Source of the DNA: a virus
UHGV virus genome: UHGV-0332176
Strand: one strand, 5' to 3'
DNA: 64,000 nucleotides
The notes beneath the pieces were generated by a model. It was given only the letters and a program-made list of their open reading frames with translations. It was not told where the DNA came from and did no database searches. Shown one piece after another: positions 59,582 to 64,000 of this stretch. The position numbers were made by a program, and so were the translations under genes. Position 1 is the first letter of the stretch. Each line of letters starts with the position of its first letter.

Positions 59582-61308
59582 TCAATACCTGCTATTCTTA
59601 ATGTTTCAGTTATTTCATCATCAAAATCTTCTGATTCAGAAACTTTATAACCATTAGCAAACATTGCTTTACGTTGAGCATCAGCCCCTTTTTTAGTTTT
59701 AAATTTACCGTGAGTTCCTTCTTTTCCTTTATTAGTCCATCCAGAACCAGATTTAACAGTATCTTCGTCTAATTCATCATCTTTTTCAAATAATTCTTCT
59801 TTATTTGTTTCTCTTTTATTTTTATAATCAGCAAAATCTTTTTTTAATTTATTATGTTTTTCTTTAATTCTTTTCATTTGTTCATCTTCACAAGAATTAC
59901 ATTCTTCATCAGAATTTTCTGCTTCATCAAAAGGTTGTGTAGCACCATCATAATATGGGTCTTCACCATTAATTAAATCTTGTAATTCTTCATCGGATAA
60001 ACCTTGTTCTTTTTGAATTTGTTTTAATTCTGGCATTGTATATTCAATTCCATTAATTTCATAAACTTGTTCATAAGAACTATCAGGTTGTGTAGCACCA
60101 TCATAATATGGGTCTTCCATACCGTGTGCATTTCCAGCTAAAGCACCAGCCATAGCAGCACCAGCAATTGCACCCTTAGCAAATTTACCAGCTTTTTTTA
60201 AACCACTTTTAAAATCTTCATCTAAATTAGAATTTTGATGTTGCTTAGATTGTTCATATTTTTTACGAAAATATTCAACTTTTTCTCTATCACCATCTTT
60301 TGTTCCTAATTTTTTAACTTCATCTTCAAACCATTTTTTCCAAGTTTCTGGTTCAATATCATCATATCCTAAATAAGATTGTGTAACATATGATTTATCA
60401 TCTAAATGATTAGCTTCATTTAATTCATTACCAAAAATTTGTTTATATTGACGATAATACTCATCAAAATTATCTAAATCTTCATTAGTAACTCTACCCA
60501 TTCTATCGCCATTGGCAAATTTAACTTTAGCAATAATTTTAGCTTTTCTTAATTGTTCATCTGTTCCTTGTCCAGCAAATGCTCCTATTTTTTTAGAAGA
60601 TTTATCATTATCATCATTTCTAATAAAACCTGCTCTTGGAAGATAATCTTTAATTCCTTCATCTAATTCTTCATCAGATTTATCTTTTTCTTTATTTTTA
60701 TTTTTTTCTTTATCTTTTTGTTTTTTAATAAATTCATTTGATGACTTAAAGAAATCATCAATATCTTTATCCATATCATCAAAAACTGATTCTTTAACTT
60801 CATCAGATTTATCTTTATCTTTTTCTTTTTCTTTATTGTTATCTTCTTTATTATCTTCTTTTGAATCTGATTTATCTTCATATTTAAATTCTGAAAAATT
60901 TGGGCTTGTTTTTTCAGATTTTGAAGAATTAGAATTATCAGTTTTAACAGGAGAATTTTCAATTTTTGGAGTTTCAGCTTTATCAGCTGTTTCACTTGAT
61001 TTTGAAAATTCAAAAGATGCATTATTTTTAAATACACCTTGTGAACATTTAGGTAAAATTTGTTCACCTTTTTCTCCATCACCATCAATATCTCCAAATG
61101 CAGAAGCATCTAATTGTTCCCAACCTTTTGATTGAGATACTTTTGGTAATTTAACTGGTTTATCATTATAAGGCATATCTGCTTCCATAACAGCTTTAAT
61201 TTTATGATTATTATTTGTCATAAAATCAACAAATTCATTTAAGTCATTGAATTTTTTAATTCCTTTACGACCAGAATTTGTTTCAAAAATCATTTTAAAT
61301 TTACTCAT
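59575..61308 (-). CDS. hypothetical acidic/Lys-rich low-complexity protein with duplicated EDPYYDGATQP motif
   Basis: Two copies of EDPYYDGATQP ~40 aa apart; long KE/D-rich low-complexity region. Confidence 0.45.
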   Translation of the reverse strand: MSKFKMIFETNSGRKGIKKFNDLNEFVDFMTNNNHKIKAVMEADMPYNDKPVKLPKVSQSKGWEQLDASAFGDIDGDGEKGEQILPKCSQGVFKNNASFEFSKSSETADKAETPKIENSPVKTDNSNSSKSEKTSPNFSEFKYEDKSDSKEDNKEDNNKEKEKDKDKSDEVKESVFDDMDKDIDDFFKSSNEFIKKQKDKEKNKNKEKDKSDEELDEGIKDYLPRAGFIRNDDNDKSSKKIGAFAGQGTDEQLRKAKIIAKVKFANGDRMGRVTNEDLDNFDEYYRQYKQIFGNELNEANHLDDKSYVTQSYLGYDDIEPETWKKWFEDEVKKLGTKDGDREKVEYFRKKYEQSKQHQNSNLDEDFKSGLKKAGKFAKGAIAGAAMAGALAGNAHGMEDPYYDGATQPDSSYEQVYEINGIEYTMPELKQIQKEQGLSDEELQDLINGEDPYYDGATQPFDEAENSDEECNSCEDEQMKRIKEKHNKLKKDFADYKNKRETNKEELFEKDDELDEDTVKSGSGWTNKGKEGTHGKFKTKKGADAQRKAMFANGYKVSESEDFDDEITETLRIAGIEI

Positions 61309-61443
61309 AAGTATTATCCTTTAACATATATGTTATTTGATATTAATATTTATAATAAATTCTATTGTTTATATATTTTTTTAGATTTATAATAAATATA
61401 TTCAGATACAAAAAATTGTATCATTATTTTAAGGAGAAATACT

Positions 61444-61851
61444 ATGGATTACGGTTTTGGAAAAACTTATACATTACCTAATAAATTTACTGCTTTAAAC
61501 GGTTGTGCTCAATATTATACAGTAGTTTTCACAAATGTTATTATTGATAAAACACAATCTTCATTAGATACAGATGCTAAAAAAGCAGAAGCAGAAGCAA
61601 ACTTATTAAGAGTTTTAGAAGTATTAAGAACTTATGGTGGTCAACCAATTATCACAACTGTTGATAATAAAACTCTTAAATTCACATTAGAACAAGCAAA
61701 TGTTTATGGTGATGCTTCTAAAAAACAACCATCTGCAAAAGATTTATTAGCAGATGCAAAAGTTCAAATTGAAGCATTATTTGCTAACTTAAAAGCAGTT
61801 GATGGTTCTACATCACTTGCTTGCACAGCTACTGTTGAAGCAGTATTTTAA
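61444..61851 (+). CDS. hypothetical protein
   Basis: RBS aaggag upstream; strong terminator downstream (61866..61900). Confidence 0.45.
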   Translation: MDYGFGKTYTLPNKFTALNGCAQYYTVVFTNVIIDKTQSSLDTDAKKAEAEANLLRVLEVLRTYGGQPIITTVDNKTLKFTLEQANVYGDASKKQPSAKDLLADAKVQIEALFANLKAVDGSTSLACTATVEAVF

Positions 61852-61973
61852 TTTAGATTTATAAGTTAAAATAATTTAAAAAGAGAGAGTTTAATAACTC
61901 TCTCTTTTATTTTATCTCACAATGTATTAAATAAATAATTCTATATAGAATAAATTTTATTAGAGGATTAATT

Positions 61974-64000
61974 ATGAATCAATTATATAAACTTTTTAAT
62001 GTTAAATCTGATAGAGAATATCAAAAAATTATGGAGCAATTAGATTTAACACCATATTATATGTTTAAAATTGAAGATATTGCTAATAATGGTCAAGATT
62101 TAATGGAACAACGTCAATCAATTTTAAGTTTATTAGCATTAACAACAGGAGAAAATTATAATTTTTGTAAAAAACAATTTAATAGAACACCAAGAATTAA
62201 AAAACTTAAAGAAAATATTAATACTCCAAATCAACAATCATTAACATTAAATGATATTATGGAATTAAACGATTTAATTGATTCGGTTGCAAAAAAATGC
62301 CAACATAATAAAATGGCATATCAACAATTATATCAAATGATTGTTAAATCTACTAATAAAAATATTGCAAATGCATTTTTTAATATGGCTTTTAACGCTC
62401 AAAATACTGATGATAATTTAAAATTTAATACAGATTTAGTTATTAATGGTCAAAATGTTGCACAAACAATTTATCCATTAAAAACATCAATTATTTCTGC
62501 TCTTAATTCTATACAAGAACCAAAAAAAGAGCAACCTGTTACTGAATCAGTATTAAATGAAGAACAATTTATTGATACAATAAAAAATATTCATTTATTA
62601 TTTCATAAGAGCAATAATGAAAATGAATTAGAAAATATTATAAAATTATTAGATAAAAAAATTGTTAATTCAAAATCAACAAAAGAAAAAAATACTTTTA
62701 ATTCAATTAAAACAAATGTTATTGCTAAATTAAATAAATTAAAAGAAAATATTAATGAATGTTTAGCAAGTAATGTTGTTGCAAGTGCAGTTGAAGAAGA
62801 TACATTTGATGGGTTATTAGATTCATTAACCACTCCAACAGTTATTAATATTACTGTTAATAAAGAAACTGGTGATTGTGAAAACATTGAAACACAACCA
62901 GTTTTAAATAATACACTAAATATGGATTTAATTAATGGAATTCAGTCAGTTCAACCATTAACTTTATCTCCAACTGCAATTGATGCTCCAATTTTACAAA
63001 AACCTGATTCAGCATCTGTTGTATCAGCTATTTCTGCTCTATCTTCGCACGTTAATGATGTTAAATCAGATTCACGAGAAAATAATATTGAATGTCTGCA
63101 AACTATTAATACTCTCTTAAACCAAATATCAACTTACTTTAATAGTTTGTTATCAGAAAATAAAAAACCTAATATTACTTACGTAACTTCTGAATCAAAA
63201 TACAGTCCTATATTATCTAATAATATTAAAAGAATGTTTGAAACAGGCAGAGCAACTGTTAATAATGATGGTGTATTAATAATTGATGAAGCTATATTTG
63301 ATGCTTATGAAAAAAAACCATATTTCACATATACTTTTAAAACACCAACTGATGATTATTTTGAATTTACGGGTTATAAAATTGATGATGAATCTGTTGA
63401 TGTTGATTTAATGGATGCAGATTACAAATATATTGAAACCTCTGAATTTACAGAAAATGGTGCTAAAGATAATTATATTAAAGAATATTTTATTAAAAAT
63501 AATTTAGGTAAATATTGGTCAACAATTGAAAAATCTATTATTAACAAAATTAAAACTGCTAAAGAAGATAATCAAATAACTGAAACTATTAATTCTGAAA
63601 AATTATTTAAAAATGATGATGCAATAGCTTCTTTACAAAATGAAATTATTAATTTAAAACAAAAATTAAATAATCGTACATCAAATAAAGAAGAAATTAT
63701 GATGAGATTATCAATAGCTCAATCAAAATTAAAAAAATTACAAAATAAAAACGAACAATTAATGAATGAGGAAACAGTTTTTGACCATTCTTGGTATGAA
63801 AATGATGATGGTGATTTTCCAAAAAGAACAAAAGAAGGAGTAATTATTGAAGATGAACAAGTTGATGAAACTTGTTCAGCAGGTGCAACTTGTGCAGGAA
63901 ATGTAGCAACAATTTCTCGTCCTGTTGGTAAAAAGAAAAAAAGAAAATTATCAATTGACGAATCTTTATTATTAACATTTGTAAAAGAAGGTCGTGATTG
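61974..64000 (+). CDS. large hypothetical protein, 3'-partial (runs off the window end)
   Basis: ATG at 61974 preceded by agaggatta; open frame of >675 codons not listed in the ORF track because no stop occurs within the window; contains coiled-coil-like and Lys-rich segment (KKKKRK). Confidence 0.5.
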   Translation, partial: MNQLYKLFNVKSDREYQKIMEQLDLTPYYMFKIEDIANNGQDLMEQRQSILSLLALTTGENYNFCKKQFNRTPRIKKLKENINTPNQQSLTLNDIMELNDLIDSVAKKCQHNKMAYQQLYQMIVKSTNKNIANAFFNMAFNAQNTDDNLKFNTDLVINGQNVAQTIYPLKTSIISALNSIQEPKKEQPVTESVLNEEQFIDTIKNIHLLFHKSNNENELENIIKLLDKKIVNSKSTKEKNTFNSIKTNVIAKLNKLKENINECLASNVVASAVEEDTFDGLLDSLTTPTVINITVNKETGDCENIETQPVLNNTLNMDLINGIQSVQPLTLSPTAIDAPILQKPDSASVVSAISALSSHVNDVKSDSRENNIECLQTINTLLNQISTYFNSLLSENKKPNITYVTSESKYSPILSNNIKRMFETGRATVNNDGVLIIDEAIFDAYEKKPYFTYTFKTPTDDYFEFTGYKIDDESVDVDLMDADYKYIETSEFTENGAKDNYIKEYFIKNNLGKYWSTIEKSIINKIKTAKEDNQITETINSEKLFKNDDAIASLQNEIINLKQKLNNRTSNKEEIMMRLSIAQSKLKKLQNKNEQLMNEETVFDHSWYENDDGDFPKRTKEGVIIEDEQVDETCSAGATCAGNVATISRPVGKKKKRKLSIDESLLLTFVKEGRD

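Noticed and set aside
1-64000. CRISPR arrays, rRNA, integrase/transposase-type mobile elements
   Set aside because: No regularly spaced direct repeats, no rRNA-like conserved stretches, and no integrase or transposase motifs were seen. The only mobile-type gene is the GIY-YIG endonuclease.

Overview
This 64 kb window is an AT-rich (roughly 28-30% GC by eye) tailed-phage genome segment, apparently from a myovirus-like phage with T4-like replication genes. The first 14 kb is a large tail-fibre cassette, with another long fibre protein at 39.6-42.6 kb. The fibre genes comprise several paralog families, chitin-binding-type (CBM5/12-like) repeats, discoidin-like domains, a beta-helix tailspike and two tail-collar-domain proteins. 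Replication genes follow: a gp44-like clamp loader, a gp1-like dNMP kinase, a DnaG-like primase and a DnaB/gp41-like helicase. Other recognisable genes are a DNA methyltransferase, an M15 peptidase, a GroEL/GroES pair and a LuxR-type response regulator. Six minus-strand tRNAs sit next to candidate RNA end-repair enzymes (Tpt1/KptA, a Thg1-like enzyme, a metallophosphoesterase).

The key finding is a complete diversity-generating retroelement (DGR) at 14.5-18.5 kb. A template repeat at 15706-15823 (+) lies upstream of a DGR-type reverse transcriptase at 15949-17298 (+). The matching variable repeat at 17400-17517 forms the last 38 codons of an oppositely oriented 359-aa target gene (17376-18455, -). 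TR and VR differ at 19 positions, and at every one the TR base is adenine; there are no mismatches at non-adenine positions. A GIY-YIG homing endonuclease gene sits immediately upstream of the TR. No avd-like accessory gene is evident. A decayed VR-like remnant lies about 1 kb upstream. No CRISPR array or rRNA is present.
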